64,000 nt of DNA, from positions 18,476,001-18,540,000 of the forward strand of contig NC_043012.1 in the NCBI RefSeq assembly GCF_006345805.1. The letters are read 5' to 3'. Both the position numbers and the translations under genes were made by a program. Of this stretch, positions 42,511 to 58,754 are shown piece after piece (the stretch's first letter is position 1; each line of letters opens with the position of its first letter). The notes under the pieces were generated by a model. That model was given only the letters and a program-made list of their open reading frames with translations. It was not told the origin of the DNA and searched no databases. This stretch comes from Octopus sinensis. Taxonomy: Eukaryota.

Positions 42511-42749
42511 ATGATTATATACATAACGACCTCGAACCCACAAGAGTAAACAGAGACAGGCAGTAACACAGAAAGTGCCACTTATATTTGAACACTATGC
42601 AAATATTATTTTAAAAAACATTTTCTTTTAATTTTTCCACATTTAATTGTGTTTCATACTTACGGTTGAAAAAGTCACAATGACTGAAACCGGCACTGAA
42701 ATGTTTTTTTTTATAAAATTATTTTAGTATTTTCTATCTTAAATGTGTT

Positions 42750-42791
<42 letters not shown>

Positions 42792-42844
42792 GTGGATACA
42801 AACACACACACACACACACACAACACACACACACACACACACAC

Positions 42845-42927
<83 letters not shown>

Positions 42928-43364
42928 GCATGTATAGCCACGTATATATATTCTAATTTACAGTAAATCTCACTGACGAATTCTAAGCATTTAAAGCAGG
43001 GCCCGAAATCGATCAATATGAGATCATCTGTTTATTATTTGTGATTTTTAGTCACTAAATGTAATCTAAATTTCTACTTGCTCCTTTTCCTCAGATTGAC
43101 CAATGTATATGTATAACTTAGGTTGCTTAGAGTGATTTGGTTTCTATTTCTAGCATGTGGGGACTTTTTCCATTAATATTTATTACAATTATGTATATAT
43201 GTATATATGTATATTATATATATATATATATACATATATACCAGAGTAATCACATAAATTTGAAATATGGTAGAGAAAATATAATCGAATACTAGAGGTA
43301 GAGTAATATGATTTATTGAAATAAGCAAAAAGATTCGCTAAGATCTTTTTTATGCGCCCTTTTC

Positions 43365-43662
43365 AAGCCTAGCAAGGCTCATGGGCCCGGTTTTCCGGTT
43401 TCTGTGTCGCATGTATCCCACCCCTTGTTGGACGGTTCGTCAGTCCATCGCAACGTTACTCAAGAAACAGGAAGAATGAGTGAGAGAAAGTTGGTGCGAA
43501 AGAGTACAACAAGGGACACCACAACCCCCTGCCGGAGCCTCGTGGAGCTTTTAGGTGTTTTCGCTCAATAAACACTCACACCGCCCAGTCTGGGAATTGA
43601 AACCGCGATCCTACGAACGCGAGTCCGCTGCCCTAACGACTGGGCCAATGGAGTCGCCTCCA
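43365..43662 (-). mobile_element. SINE family C (tRNA-like head) with an alternative tail
   Basis: Minus-strand head tggcccagtcgttagggcagcggactcgcg...ggtttcaattcccagac; tail differs from the 32965 copy. Confidence 0.8.
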
Positions 43663-43906
43663 CTCGCTATGAGCAATGCATATTAATATTTACGACGCCG
43701 TGGGAGTTACTAGTTCTGCATGTGCATAGACGCATCTCCATATACTCGTATATACACATCTCCATAAACTCGTATATATACAGACACACAACACATTTAT
43801 GCATAAGTGCTCACATATATATTCCCGATCCAATGCAAATTATAGATCCAATACAACATAGCGATGGTTCCAGATATGGCATTTTCGTAAAATAAGATCC
43901 CAAATG

Positions 43907-45048
<1,142 letters not shown>

Positions 45049-45212
45049 ATTTTAATTTAGGATAAAATAGAAGTTAAAACTTGATTCTAAAACCACATTA
45101 AATGTTGTTTTAGAGTCAAGATTTTACTGCTATTTCCAGCGTTGTGGTATCTCTTAGATACCCTAAATTATAATTTTGAATCATTTTTAACTTTGACGGT
45201 TTTTATTCTCAT

Positions 45213-45409
45213 GCCATGAGAATATGTCGAAAATAAAGGAGTTTTGTTAATTCGTCGTTCAACTCCATTCTTTCATATATTTATATTTAAAAACATTCAA
45301 ATTTGCACACGAAAGCACGTAACTTCAAACGTGTCTTCTCTGATGTGAATTTGCTACCCAGGTATCGGTTAACCGAATTATCCTTAACAAAATAATTCAT
45401 TCAACTACT

Positions 45410-45412
<3 letters not shown>
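45213..45412 (+). repeat. Dispersed repeat D copy
   Basis: Homologous to 31090-31310. Confidence 0.85.
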
Positions 45413-45464
<52 letters not shown>

Positions 45465-46392
45465 CACGTTCACACATGCATATTTATGTAGAGAGAGGGA
45501 GATAGCGACAGAGAGAGACATCGGGAGAAAGATATACATAAATATATACACACAGACATACACGCACACCACACATGTATATGTATATGCGTGTATGTGT
45601 GTGTGCATGTGTGACATGCATACACGTGTGTGTATACATACACACAATCACATCTTGTGTAATATTTTTACTCCTAGTCACCCGACGAAATCTCTATACG
45701 TGGGATCACTTTTCTAAAACTTTAATTGAGAAACCTATGTTTAAAGATATACCAGCACTCAGTATCCGAGGCTGTTGTATATAACAGCAGTCAGTAAATG
45801 TGGAGGTCCTCACATACACATTCGATCCATATGGTTTTTATTTGAAGCCCACTCTTTTTCTTCATGTGTGTGTTAATTTATATGAAATAATGAATGTAAA
45901 ATTATAACAATTTCATCTAAATTAATGAGTCATTCTGTTTAGATCGCAAATATTGATGCATATTTAATGTATTTTTAATGAAATTCGACACGCATGAATG
46001 AAATTCTTATCAAATGAACAACTTCACATGAAGGTTTAATAAAGACATGTCTTTAGAGATATGATAGAATGCAGCGAAATATGAAAGTGTCAGGAAAGAA
46101 ACAGTATAGATGGTGGGTGATAAGTTTAAGTTTAAACAGTGGGTCTACATTCTCTGTGGAAGTTCTGTGAGTTAAAGGTATTATACGAGCAAGAATTTGT
46201 GTGTATTCATACATGCATATGAAGATACGCTCGCACACACATACATACACCTACATAAATGTGAATGATTATACATGTATATTTACTCACACACATATAT
46301 CCATAAAACCATACATAGATACATCTGCAGAAATACATACGTACATGGTGCTGTGAATGAAATGTCGTCCAAATTATGCAAAAAATGAAAAT

Positions 46393-46720
46393 AATACTGA
46401 CATCTCATTTTAACAGATATATTTATCAAAATTACATAAAAATATTTTGAAATACTCAAGAGTAAATTTATTCATTAAACTGTCATCGGCTTCAAACACG
46501 GTCTCCAGACGACTTCGGAATCTCCTGCAACTCTTCAGGACGGTCACCTTGTTGGTGATTGCTGTCTTAACCCTTGCCTTCAATTCATCTTTGGTGTTAC
46601 AAGGAATGTTTTTGGTCTGTCGCAAAACTGCGCTCCACACATAATAACCAAGAGAGTTGCAATCTAGGGAGTTAATTGCCGAATATGACAGTGGTGACGT
46701 GGTCGCAGACATCGTCGGAC
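46393..46720 (-). mobile_element. Tc1/mariner-type transposase C-terminal remnant
   Basis: NSLDCNSLGYYVWSAVLRQTKNIPCNTKDELKARVKTAITNKVTVLKSCRRFRSRLETVFEAD, resembling NSPDCNPLDYYVW...ACRRFRSRLEAVVEA. Confidence 0.85.
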
Positions 46721-48447
46721 AGCTATGACTGGGTTCTCATAACTATGTGTCATGAAGATTCCTGTTGTCAGACACAGGGTTTACCAGCAGCTATCCACGT
46801 GACTCAGGGCAGGACTGAGTGTGTGAAGATCAACTGATGCCTAACACCACCATCATTAGTGAACGCACCAAAAACAACGAGACAAAAATGGAAAACAGGA
46901 CAGGAAAACACAAAGAACGACCCTTTATCAGTTGTTGGCTGTCTACTTCTCATTTCGAGCATTCAACGACACTATGATTCTTCAAAGACATTTTCTTCCT
47001 GTGTCTACATAACCTACAGTCACCCGATATATTACGTGTCAGTGGATATATAACATAGTTACAGATTACAGTCGTAAGCAGCGTAGAACAATATGGTACA
47101 AGTGAGGTGTAGTAGGTTGTGACATCTTAATAATTTCAGTAACAATATATCTTTTAGGTACTATGATAAAATACTGTTATGAAAATAAACGCCTGGATCT
47201 GATTTACAAATTTATACGTTATAATTTACATACAATCTATTAATCTTTCCAGCTGTTCAAACAACTAAACGAGTGCGCGTTGAAAAGGTACTCTCTGTTG
47301 TTTAATATCCCATGTTATATTTTTGGTTTCTTATAGATTTGGAGATATTATCGTAGACATCCATAATGATGTGTTATTCGAAAGTAGTCTCTCTGTTTTT
47401 AGACAAGCATTAAAATAAAAACAACTTTTGCATTCCGTTACTTGATTTGTATATATCCAAATTCTACGATGCTATATATCTATAGATCTGGATTCTATTT
47501 TTCAACTAAAAGCGTATAAACAGATAAAGCATGGACACTAATGAGGGTGAAGGCAAGGCAACAACACAGTTTATGCATGGGTTACAGATACATAGAAATG
47601 AGAAGAATTAAGCGAAAACTTAAGATTACACTTTATGGCAAGTTGTTTAGAAATAGCTAATTAATGTGCGTCAATATTGTGATTAATTTTAATGTTTGTT
47701 TAAAAGCAAAGAAACAATTTTCGTGTGAGTCATGTTTATGGATGTCTGCGACTGTATTTCTAGCTTCATAAGAAACTGGAAATATAACGTGGGAAATTAA
47801 ACAGCAGAGAGAAACTTTTCAACACGCATTACTTTAAGCTCCACGAAAAAAAAAAAAAATATCTAATTTTTATGAGAAATTGGAATATAATTATGTCACT
47901 GCTTTAGCAGCTTGGAAATTAAAATGTAATCAAATAATGAGTTGTGATTCTCGCGAACAAAATGGTAATTAATAGAGAATAGTTTAAACGTAAGTGAAAT
48001 TGTCATGTTGGGAATTAAAACCTAATAGGGAATAATTGTTCGAAAACTTTTTAGCTCACAAAGAACTGTACATGCTAATGGAAAATGGAATTTTTATTTA
48101 TCTTACATTCATTTCATTTGTGTCATTCACATTTGCATTCCTTCTACACGAAACGAATAGAATACACGTAGGCATATTTGAAACAACATGTTCTACTGCC
48201 CTCCCCCCCACCCAAAAAAGGAAAGAAAAAGAACAATGCAAATAAGGAAGAAATGCATTTTCCAATATATGCTAGGTAGCTTGTCAGTAACATATCTGAG
48301 TGTGAAATGGCATGTCAGCTATCATAGGATGTTGTGAAATAATACGTAAACTAAAGTGGGCAGCTTAAAAGTAAACGTATGAAATCTCTGGAAAAAAATA
48401 CAGTAACATATATATGTACATGCATAATAGGACTCTAAGGAAAGCAT

Positions 48448-48524
<77 letters not shown>

Positions 48525-48571
48525 AAGTAATATACGTATATATATATACACATATATGTATGTATGTATGC

Positions 48572-48611
<40 letters not shown>

Positions 48612-50960
48612 TATATGAAGATCGTGTGCCTATGTATGTATATGCTAGTGTATGTATATATTTATGCATGAGTATAAATATGAAGGAATAGGAATATCAT
48701 TTTGCAACAGTTTAAAGTATGAAATATGATTTGATGCACCCACTGAATATTTAATAATGTTATTAGCAATGTTCTCAAGGATGCATTATGCTTAAATCAT
48801 ATTAAGTTAAGACCAGGTTTCTATGCTTAATCTAAAGAATCGTAGGCTTATCTAAATCAATTAAAATTATATTTATCACCATCAGAAATTTGGTAAAAGG
48901 AGAATTCTTCTTAAAAAGAAAGAGGAAACGTTTGTATTTTGGTTGGTCAACAATAAAATAAAACTATACTAGCAGTGCTTTAATATGTACTTTTGTAGCT
49001 ATATCCATAACTCCAAACAAATTTCCGTGTTGTTACACCACAGCAGAAAGTCATAGTTAACAATCACCTTAGAACTGATTCACTGAATTACTCCTCTTAA
49101 ATAGAAGACTTAGATTTGAAAAAAGGAAAGAAAACACGACTTGAAAGACCGCCTTTGCTCTGCCATTCATCTTTGAGCCTATGCACTCGATAAAATTCGT
49201 GAAACCATTGTTAGTCTTTTCGCATAACCAGATCTGTAGTTCATCTTTGGAACGGAAATATATTAAAACTCAGCTTTTGGTGTGTTTAGCCTGTGGCTTC
49301 CTGCTAGCACGCAAAATTTAGGTATATGATTTTTTTAACGCTGACTAGTTTGTGAATGTGCGCGTGCGAGCGTATGTGTATTGTATCTGTGCTTGCGTAT
49401 GTGTTCCGTGTTTTGGTTTATATTTCATACACATTTTCCTTCTAATTATGTGAATGACTTACCTGTCATGAATTACATCATGAATTTCTATCTTGCTGAT
49501 ATTGCTCTCAACTTTCCTCTAATCTTCCTCATCCAGTATCATCTTAAAGCATCCTAGATACCTCACATCGAATTTGCATTGTCGTATGAATATTTATATT
49601 TAAAAATATCCTCTCTTGATAACAGGCCAATTTCGTATTTCTAATAACAAAAACACTATCTCAATAATTTATCAAGACAACACTATCGCTCTCTCCCAAA
49701 CTGAAATTTTGATATCCACCTACTAAAATGCTGCTTATTATTTTCATTGACGTCAACATTTTACATTGGAAAAGCTGAATTTGAAAACCGTATTTCTCAT
49801 CCAAAACCAAATAAGGTTTAAAGTTATAGAAAACACTAACATTCGAACCAACATTTGAGTGATACTATAGAGTATTGGTCCCATATATGAAGTGTTGAGA
49901 CCGCTACACAGATAACGACTGCATTATTGATTATTTGACTGAAAGACATGAATCTGATTTCATATAGTTTCTTACTTTTAGCCTCATCCCTTTGACACTT
50001 CTGCCAGTTATTAAGAGGATTTTGATGCTCGTTCCACCTCCAAATGGTCTTAGCGTGCCTCCAATGTGACACAGCAAGCTCTAACTTCCTCAGCACTACA
50101 CACTACGGTCATTCTTTAAAAACCACAGACTTTGGAATATAGTTCTTCTCCATGCTTTACTTACTGGAACTTGTGAAGAGCAAATTGAATCGAATCGATA
50201 TTGTTGGTCTCGTTGGATCCCGAAATATCATGAACTGCCATTATCCAGTTTTTCGTACTTATTTACGAGTGTTCTATAACGGAAAAGTTTCTGTTCGTAT
50301 TTACAGTGTACTTTATATTAAAATGTTATTCACATTAAGACAGTACATTGTCATTTTCAACAATAAAGAAAGTGCTTGGTCCGTCATTAACGATAACTTA
50401 TAATAGTGGTGATAGGTATTTTGAACACTACACTAGTTAACATAATATTTTTCAGGAATACATCCTGTTTCAACATCTGTAATATTTACTTTACTACAAA
50501 TTTCTAGACGCGAAAAGTGTATAAATGGTATTTATGTTAAATCAATGAGTGTCTACTCTTTGAGACACAAAACATGTTGGGATGAGTGTATTGTTAGCTG
50601 ATGGATACCATGGATCCAAATTCTTGACTTATATTTTATTTTGTCGACGCCGGAAGGATAAAGGGTAATGCTGATGAAGGATAATTTGAATCCAGACCAT
50701 AAAGAGACGGGTGGACCAACATATGCAGCGCATATGTTGGTCGACGATCCTGCGATTTTACTAGAGTGGGTACATATCTTGAATAAAGACTATAATTGCT
50801 AGGAGTGAAATGCCATTGATTATTGGTTTACTATAACTTTGCTAATCAAAGCTGAGTCACTAGAACCCTTCACCTACACAAGCGCGTGCACAAACACACA
50901 CTTTATATATATATATACACACACACACATATACATTCACACCCACCCACACATATACAT

Positions 50961-51005
<45 letters not shown>

Positions 51006-51009
51006 CTCT

Positions 51010-51135
51010 TTATTCTCTACTCTTTTACTTGTTTCAGTCATTTGACTGGCCATGCTGGAGCACCGCATTTAGTCGAGCAAATCGACCCCGGGACTTATTC
51101 TTTGTGAGCCCAGTACTTATTCTATCGGTGTCTTT
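51010..51135 (-). mobile_element. Family B SINE 3' fragment
   Basis: gtttcagtcatttgactggccatgctggagcaccgc. Confidence 0.8.
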
Positions 51136-51580
51136 CGCTATTGAATTGGAGTGCACGTTAGCTAATTGTTCAAACCACAGTGACTATCGGTATAAGTTAT
51201 ATGAGTAGAAAGTATGTTTCTGCCAGTGTTTACATTTGTATGATTTTTCTATGAGTGTGTTTACTAGGGGTACCTTAGAGAAGAGAATATGGAAGAGTTC
51301 AGATTTTCAAATGTTACAAAATCTCCTGCTCTTAATCAAAAGGAAAGGATACAGACAGTATGAACCAATCTAACTCGAAAGTTATATTGTTGTCTTTAAG
51401 ACGCCAAATTAATTTACCTAGCCCTGTACTATGTTGGTTTTTACTTTCCCTGAATGTTGAATAATGGTTTGACATGCTCTTGGAGTTTCTACCCTTGGAC
51501 AAGTCACTTCAACCGTGTTTCTGACGTGAATTTCGGCTCAACGAATTTTCGATGATGACAATAAACATATAATGCATTCA

Positions 51581-51619
<39 letters not shown>

Positions 51620-52165
51620 TATATATATATATATATCCAAACGCAAAACCTCTCTAATAATCAAAATACCTTCAAATTAAAATACAACTGCGCATCATAT
51701 AATTCAGTTCAATTTTACATCACTGTAAACACAAATAGAATAGAACTGTTACACAGTTAATAAATATTCAGGTTTGTAAGCCTTTAAAATTTCATTTCCT
51801 TTCTGTTATTTTGAAATTCAGTCCCTTTTGCTATTAGTACCTGCATTACATATCACCTTTGGGTATAGAAGTTTAATGTACTCCTTATTAGAGGCTCAAT
51901 TTTATTTTGTTTATCTCTGTCTTTTACTCCTTGTTTTCCTTCGTTGTGTTATATGAGCATTTAGGTGATTTATTATACGTTTCATAACGAACCGCTATTC
52001 ATATATTTAATTGGCGCGGCTTTATATATATCATCAGCTTACATGTTAGTTACATGTTAAATGTACTTTTGAAAACGGAACATTATTGTTATGTGGGAAA
52101 CGATAAAGCTACATGCTTCAGCAATTTATCAAAAGTACGTATACATACATACACGGATACATACA

Positions 52166-52237
<72 letters not shown>

Positions 52238-52245
52238 TATACATA

Positions 52246-52287
<42 letters not shown>

Positions 52288-52318
52288 TATATAACGTGTG
52301 TGTGTGTGTGTATGTTGT

Positions 52319-52462
52319 ATCAGGATGTTCTGAGATCATCGGTGAATATAGGAACAACTGCAACGAAAAGAAACGTAAACCAATATCATAACATACTGTA
52401 CTTACATGCATACGTGCATTTACATATACATACATACATACATCCATACATACGTACATACA

Positions 52463-52497
<35 letters not shown>

Positions 52498-52696
52498 TAT
52501 ATATATATATATATACATATATATATGTATGTATATATATATACATATATATATATATGTATATATATATATGTGTGTGTGTATGCGCGTATGTTTGTAT
52601 GTATGTATGTATGTACAGTGTGTTATGATATTGGTTTACGTTTCTTTTCATTGCAGTTGTTCCAATATTCACCGATGATCTCAGAAACATCCTGAT
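52319..52696. repeat. Inverted duplication: ~83-bp arms (52319-52401 and 52613-52696) around a microsatellite spacer
   Basis: atcaggatgttctgagatcatcggtgaatat... is the reverse complement of ...atattcaccgatgatctcagaaacatcctgat. Confidence 0.95.
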
Positions 52697-52787
52697 CGTT
52701 CTTGCTTTCTTCCGTAAGCTCCGGGTACGCTGACACAAAGTACTCTTAGCGCTTTATGTAGTCAACGTCTTTACTTTGTCTGCTATC
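52623..52787 (-). pseudogene. Possible decayed HMG-box-like coding fragment
   Basis: [42 protein letters not shown] resembles HMG-box helices 2-3 (P.L...EISKILGE.W....EKKPY); judged by eye only. Confidence 0.3.
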
Positions 52788-55545
52788 TTAAAATGGATAT
52801 CACTTTAATGTCTTCTACTGCTTGTTAATTAAATTCTTTGAAGTAAAAGCTTGATCTTTCTTAGCTAAATATAACTCATAATTTGAAGACATGTTTAAAA
52901 AAAAAGAAGAAACACTCTTTGAAACATTACGAAAGCACTAATCAATCGTCTCTATAATTATTAACAATGCAAAAATGAGGAACAGATATAAAAAAAAGCA
53001 ACAAAACCCAATTTCAATTAACAATATTTTAAATGTATTGACGAATCGTTCGTAAATTATAAATTACTTTTTGTCATTCCTGAAAGAAAACATATTTAGT
53101 AGCAAAAGTTTCATTAGTTGGAGGTATGTGTTTACTGTTAGTTTGAAATCTAAGAATGTTTCAAGTATGCTAAGTGAAAGGAAGCAATTAGTGTTGATTT
53201 CCCATGCAGAAACACAATGAAATGTGGCAACAAAATTTGAATATTTGTAACGTGAGATCGTAAAGGAAATTAAAAATTAGCATTTCTACAACATAATTTA
53301 GTTATCAATAACTGTATATATTGTGAATTATTTTAATACATATTGATTTATTTTGGCATGTAATTCCTACAGATCTTTTATTTAAATTAACTTATGCATC
53401 TGAATAAGGATTTTGAAATGTCAGTTGATAGTCTTCAGGAAACAATCAGTCAACTTGGACAGCAATTCTATAACATTACCTATATTTTTTTTATTTACCT
53501 CCCCAGGTTTATGTTACATATGCCTAGTTAGGTTTAAATGCCATTTTCAGTTACATATTTTTTCGTGAATCGAAAGGGAATGTTAGCAAGTAAAGTGTTT
53601 AGTATCAGATACTTGAATGTACATGGATACATTTCAAAAGGTTATGAAAATTAGTTTTGTGAGGAAAAAATATAAGTATTCGATTATATATTGGTATATA
53701 CCTTGTAGTTCAAGCCAATAAACATTTCAACATTTTGGAGACAGCTGAATGTCAGTAAGATCTTAGAACTCTATATTCACACGAAGTTTAGACAAGCAGT
53801 TTTCGGTGCAATACCGGAATACCAATGTGCTGGGCGGATTTTATAACAATCTATTTCCCACAAGTGAAAGGAAAACAGAGTTATATCTTGCTTTTAACAT
53901 TCTGTCAAAACATCTAGTCACAGAGGTAGAATATAAGATAATTGGTTATTCTTCGATTTTAAGGATAAATATGGTTTTCGATGAAGCGAGCTAGCAATGC
54001 GTTGTTCTTTCAGGATAAATGGCCGTTAAGCCAGAGATTAATACTCACAACTTTATGGTTATTCAACATTAGAATGTATAATAAAACTGGATATCCCAAG
54101 TACAATTTATTGGATATATTTCCACGCTTTATTCCATTTTCTTATTTCTCCCACAACGCGGGTCTATGCTAAATGATACTTGTTTAATATGTCAAACAGT
54201 GGTGGTAGATTCGAAACAGCCATTGTAACAACGGCTCTGAGTCATTCCGATTTATGAGTATTTCAATTACACCTATAATAATCTACTTTCATATTTTATT
54301 AAATATCACACAAATTTAGTTAGATTAGAACATGGAAATACATTAAAGTGAAAAGGTTGTTCTTAGAAGTCATTAACTACACCGGAATATTGTTCAAATT
54401 TTATAAGTTAATATATCTGATGTGACATTTAATTTTAACCAGAGTAAATATGACAGTTTTTGCAGTAGATCTAATGCCGCAACATTTGGCAGATATCGAT
54501 AATCAACAGATGCAGAAGTAATCATAATAGCATCTTGTACTTTTTATAGTATATATACACTATACAAAATGTAAAATGGAAAGAAAACATTATTTCTGCT
54601 GATAAGATAAGTTGTGTATAAAATAGACAAATACTAAGAAACATCAGATTAATTACAAAGCGTGTGAAGTTCGAACCAAATAATATGAAAAGAAGGAAAA
54701 CAAAAATACGCCCACAAATTTCTAAAATATTTGACATAAATAAGATAAAAGTAATTAATTGATTATTAAAAACAAAATATGGGTAAGAGAGTGTAAACGC
54801 TGATAAGGAATGTGAAGAAAAATGTAAAAGAACATAAATTTATCTCCAAGAGTTGTTCGATTTTACACACGATGCAATTAATTGTAATTACTGTTATTGC
54901 GCTGCCAATCAGATTTGATCCATCTGCTATCGTTTTCGCTGCAGGATTAACTTTTCGGCATAAAACGGAAGTTGTTCTATTCTCTTTTTTTATATATATT
55001 TCCGTACATTTCTTCTAGCTTTCTTTCTTAAATTTTTACTTAAGTGCGCATTTTAGCAATAACTACTTGAATTTACGATGATGAATTACTAATCTAATCG
55101 TTATTCGATGATCAATATATGGCACACACACAAACAAACACACACACAGACACACACACACACACACACACACATGCGTGTGTGTACTCAATATATGATA
55201 TCTATATATTTTCTTATTTTCGTTCTTGAAAGTGACAGCAGGATGAAGTTTCTATAGCCATAAACACGTGACTAACAACCGATGGCATTCATTCGCATGC
55301 CTCAAAATACGCTTGTATGTATAGGCAAGTCCGCAGGAAGGCTCCTTTGGCACACACTACTGTGCTTGACTTGGTAATTGATGGAAGTAAAATGTGTAGA
55401 TCTTAGTGGAATATACCCGACAGACATAGAGTTAACTATACTGCCCTTACTTATAGGATGAGCAGCATGTATAATAAATACGCGTCTGAATGTACGTACG
55501 TCCAGCAAGTGGAAAATACACAAAGTATATACATTATGTATATGT

Positions 55546-55603
<58 letters not shown>

Positions 55604-55604
<1 letters not shown>

Positions 55605-56157
55605 CCCTGATGCAGTACCAGGCAGTGGCTCTCATGGCTTCTGATCTTAACTGATTGGAAGTGTTATCATGTACATTGTTTTGTCTTGGTATAAAAGATG
55701 GGCTTCAGCAAATATTCTGCTCAATACCACAGATTTGCTTGTCAGTTGTTTGACCTTAACCAGTTGAGCATGTCCCTTAGTGGCTGACGATATGTGCATC
55801 TCTGATCACGAGCAGAAGTAGTGGGGGGGCATCATGGCCATGTGTTGAGAAGGATTCTTTGGAGTTTGAATGGTTCACCTCTGGAAACATAGGTGTTTCG
55901 TTCAACATCCTAAAGCAACCCTTATTCAGGGACCGTTTGAGCAGGATGGGCTACTCAACCTGAAGAAAATTCTAACTGGGCCCCACCTGCAAGGTCATGT
56001 GCTGTTTATCTTGATATGAGATCACCATGTCGCGCACATATGGTTGTGATGCATGTGCCTGGTGTACCTTTATCAGACGGGTAGTCATGATGGGTATATT
56101 GGGCTTCGTATATTTTACCCCAGTGTCACTTTGATGGCATGAACTGCTCTCTCACTC
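55604..56157. repeat. ~555-bp non-coding element embedded in (AAT)n tracts on both sides
   Basis: GC higher than the flanks; (AAT)n at ~55550-55603 and (AAT)n(GAT)n at 56158-56212; being an interspersed repeat is inferred. Confidence 0.5.
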
Positions 56158-56179
56158 AATAATAATAATAATAATAATA

Positions 56180-56214
<35 letters not shown>

Positions 56215-57050
56215 AATTTCATGTGGCATTTTGCTGAGTGACTCTCTGTTACTTCTCTGATGTCTAACCATAATACCTGTCTGGAAATTGCTTGATGATG
56301 TACAATATGGCTATACAATGTTTGATAATGATATAAATAATCTCTTTTACATGTATGATGTAAAGCCCTTTGCAAAAAATGACCAACAATTACAGGACTT
56401 ACTGGCAATTGTTAAACAATTCAGTGATGACATCAGAAGGCAATTTGGTCTCGGTAAATGTGCAGAAATCACATTTTTGAAGAAAAAAATGTCAGAAACA
56501 TCCAACGTTGAACTTGACCGGTAGAATGGTTAAACATAAAGGAGTTACAAGCAGCGGAGAGCTACAAATACCTAGGATCGGAAGAGAATAGTATCTTAAG
56601 GTTATGGAAATATTAAAGACAGAGCTCAATGCAAGTAATAGGATCGAAGCAATCAATACTTTAGCCATACCGGCCATTACTTAGTTTCAATACCATTAAC
56701 CGGTCAATTACTGAAATATGTAGTATTGACAGAAAAAATACGAAAATTGATGACATTGTATAGAATGCACCACACTAAGACAGATATAGAACGATTTTTC
56801 CTGCCAAGAGGGCGGTCGTGGACTTTTACAACTGGAATAACACTGAAGATTGCCACAATTGGCGTAAACACCTACATGGAAACATCCGATGCCTGGACGT
56901 TAAAATTTGTCTTAAAGCATGAAAACAAGAAGGCATTGTACTCACTAACAAACCAGGAAAAAACAAAATCTAAGTAAATTCCAAATACAACATATCCCAG
57001 ACTTAGACGTACTGGAAACAAGCATAGAACAAGGTAAGTATATGTAAACC
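56215..57050 (+). mobile_element. R4/Dong-like LINE reverse transcriptase fragment
   Basis: INNLFYMYDVKPFAKNDQQLQDLLAIVKQFSDDIRRQFGLGKCA (decayed YMDD) and EKIRKLMTLYRMHHTKTDIERFFLPRG. Confidence 0.9.
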
Positions 57051-57304
57051 CGTGCTAAAACTATCCTTGATCGTGGAGCAACACGTCTTGTGGAACAACC
57101 GATTTTAAAGGAGTATATCTGGATTGTTGACGGCCGGTGGTTTGAAGCTGATATATACGTGTGTAGGCATATGTATGCGTGTGAGCGTGTGTTTATGTGT
57201 AGTCATACAAAATTTTATTATATAGTTATACATACTTACACACGTATATATATATATATATATGTACGCATACATTTCTCTCTCTCTCACTTTATATATA
57301 TATA

Positions 57305-57353
<49 letters not shown>

Positions 57354-57387
57354 ATATACATAGATATTTTTTATGTATGTATATATG

Positions 57388-57555
57388 CGCAGGAGCGGTG
57401 GTAAGTACCTTGCAACCACATGGTTCCGGGTTCAATCCCACTGCGTGGCACCTTGGACGGGTGTTTTCTACTATAGCCTCGAGCCGACCAAAGCTTTGTG
57501 AGTGGATATGGTAGACGGACACTGAAAGCAGACCGTCTGATATATATATATATAT

Positions 57556-57594
<39 letters not shown>

Positions 57595-57823
57595 ATGTGT
57601 GTGTGTGTGTGTATGTGTCCGTGTTTGTCCTCCCATCACTACTTGACAACTGATACTTTCGTGTTTACCTCCTCGTAACTTAGCGGTTCGGCAAAAGACC
57701 AGATATAATGAGTGCTAGGCATAAAAAGAGCAAGTCCTGAGGTCGATTTGCTCGACTTAAGGCGGTACCCAAGCGCGGCCGCATTCAAATGACGGAAACA
57801 AGTAAAAGAATAAAAGAATTAAA

Positions 57824-57830
<7 letters not shown>
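57388..57830 (+). mobile_element. Family B SINE, near full length
   Basis: gcgcaggagcggtggtaag head, ggttcaatccc box B, internal microsatellite and tail. Confidence 0.88.
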
Positions 57831-57883
<53 letters not shown>

Positions 57884-58685
57884 TTTATTACTGTTTGCAA
57901 CCCGAGAGCTTCGGACGGGCTCGGAAATCGCAGTTGCCTGCGGCGATGCTCACGTGCATGTCTTTGTGTGTATATATGTATAAATGCATGATTATATGTT
58001 CTTTTCGGCATAAGTCATTCCTTATTCGTCCATTAAGAATGTGAGGGCATCAGAAGACGTGCAAAGAAATATGGATAATTTTGTGAATATCTACAACAAT
58101 CAATGCTCAGACCGAGATAATTGACAAATGCTTATTATATATTACCCTTCCTATTTCCATAAAAAAATATAACTTGCGTATTGGGAGTTAAGTCCGCAAC
58201 GAAAAAAACTAGGACTGACATATCATAAACATGCTTACAATCAGAATTCTGGACACATAATCACCTGCATTTTATGTGAAGATGTGAATTTATGCAAGTG
58301 TATGTTAATGCTTGCTATACGTATGTGTACGCGACAGTTAATCTATTGCAATAATAGGCTTAGCAAAACGAAAGGAAAAAAGATATTTTTATGGTTATGG
58401 ACAAGATTGAACAGTATCAGCTGGAGCGAAATTGAACAAAGATAGAATATTGAAAACCTATTAAGAGCACCACAGCGTATTTGTTTTCCATGATTACATA
58501 CGTTAAAGATACATCAATAGGTATATACGCTGCCAGACCATTTGGTCTTATATATAAACGAACAAAAATATATACACACATACATACATGCATGTACGAG
58601 CATAAATGTAAGTACACACACATATATTGAGAGAGAGACAGAGAGTGATAGGGATGTGTGGATTTTAATATAATATACATATATA

Positions 58686-58754
<69 letters not shown>

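Noticed and set aside
49462-49530. Strong minus-strand donor CAG|GTAAGT
   Set aside because: No good acceptor, with in-frame stops close upstream; could be a UTR exon but is unsupported
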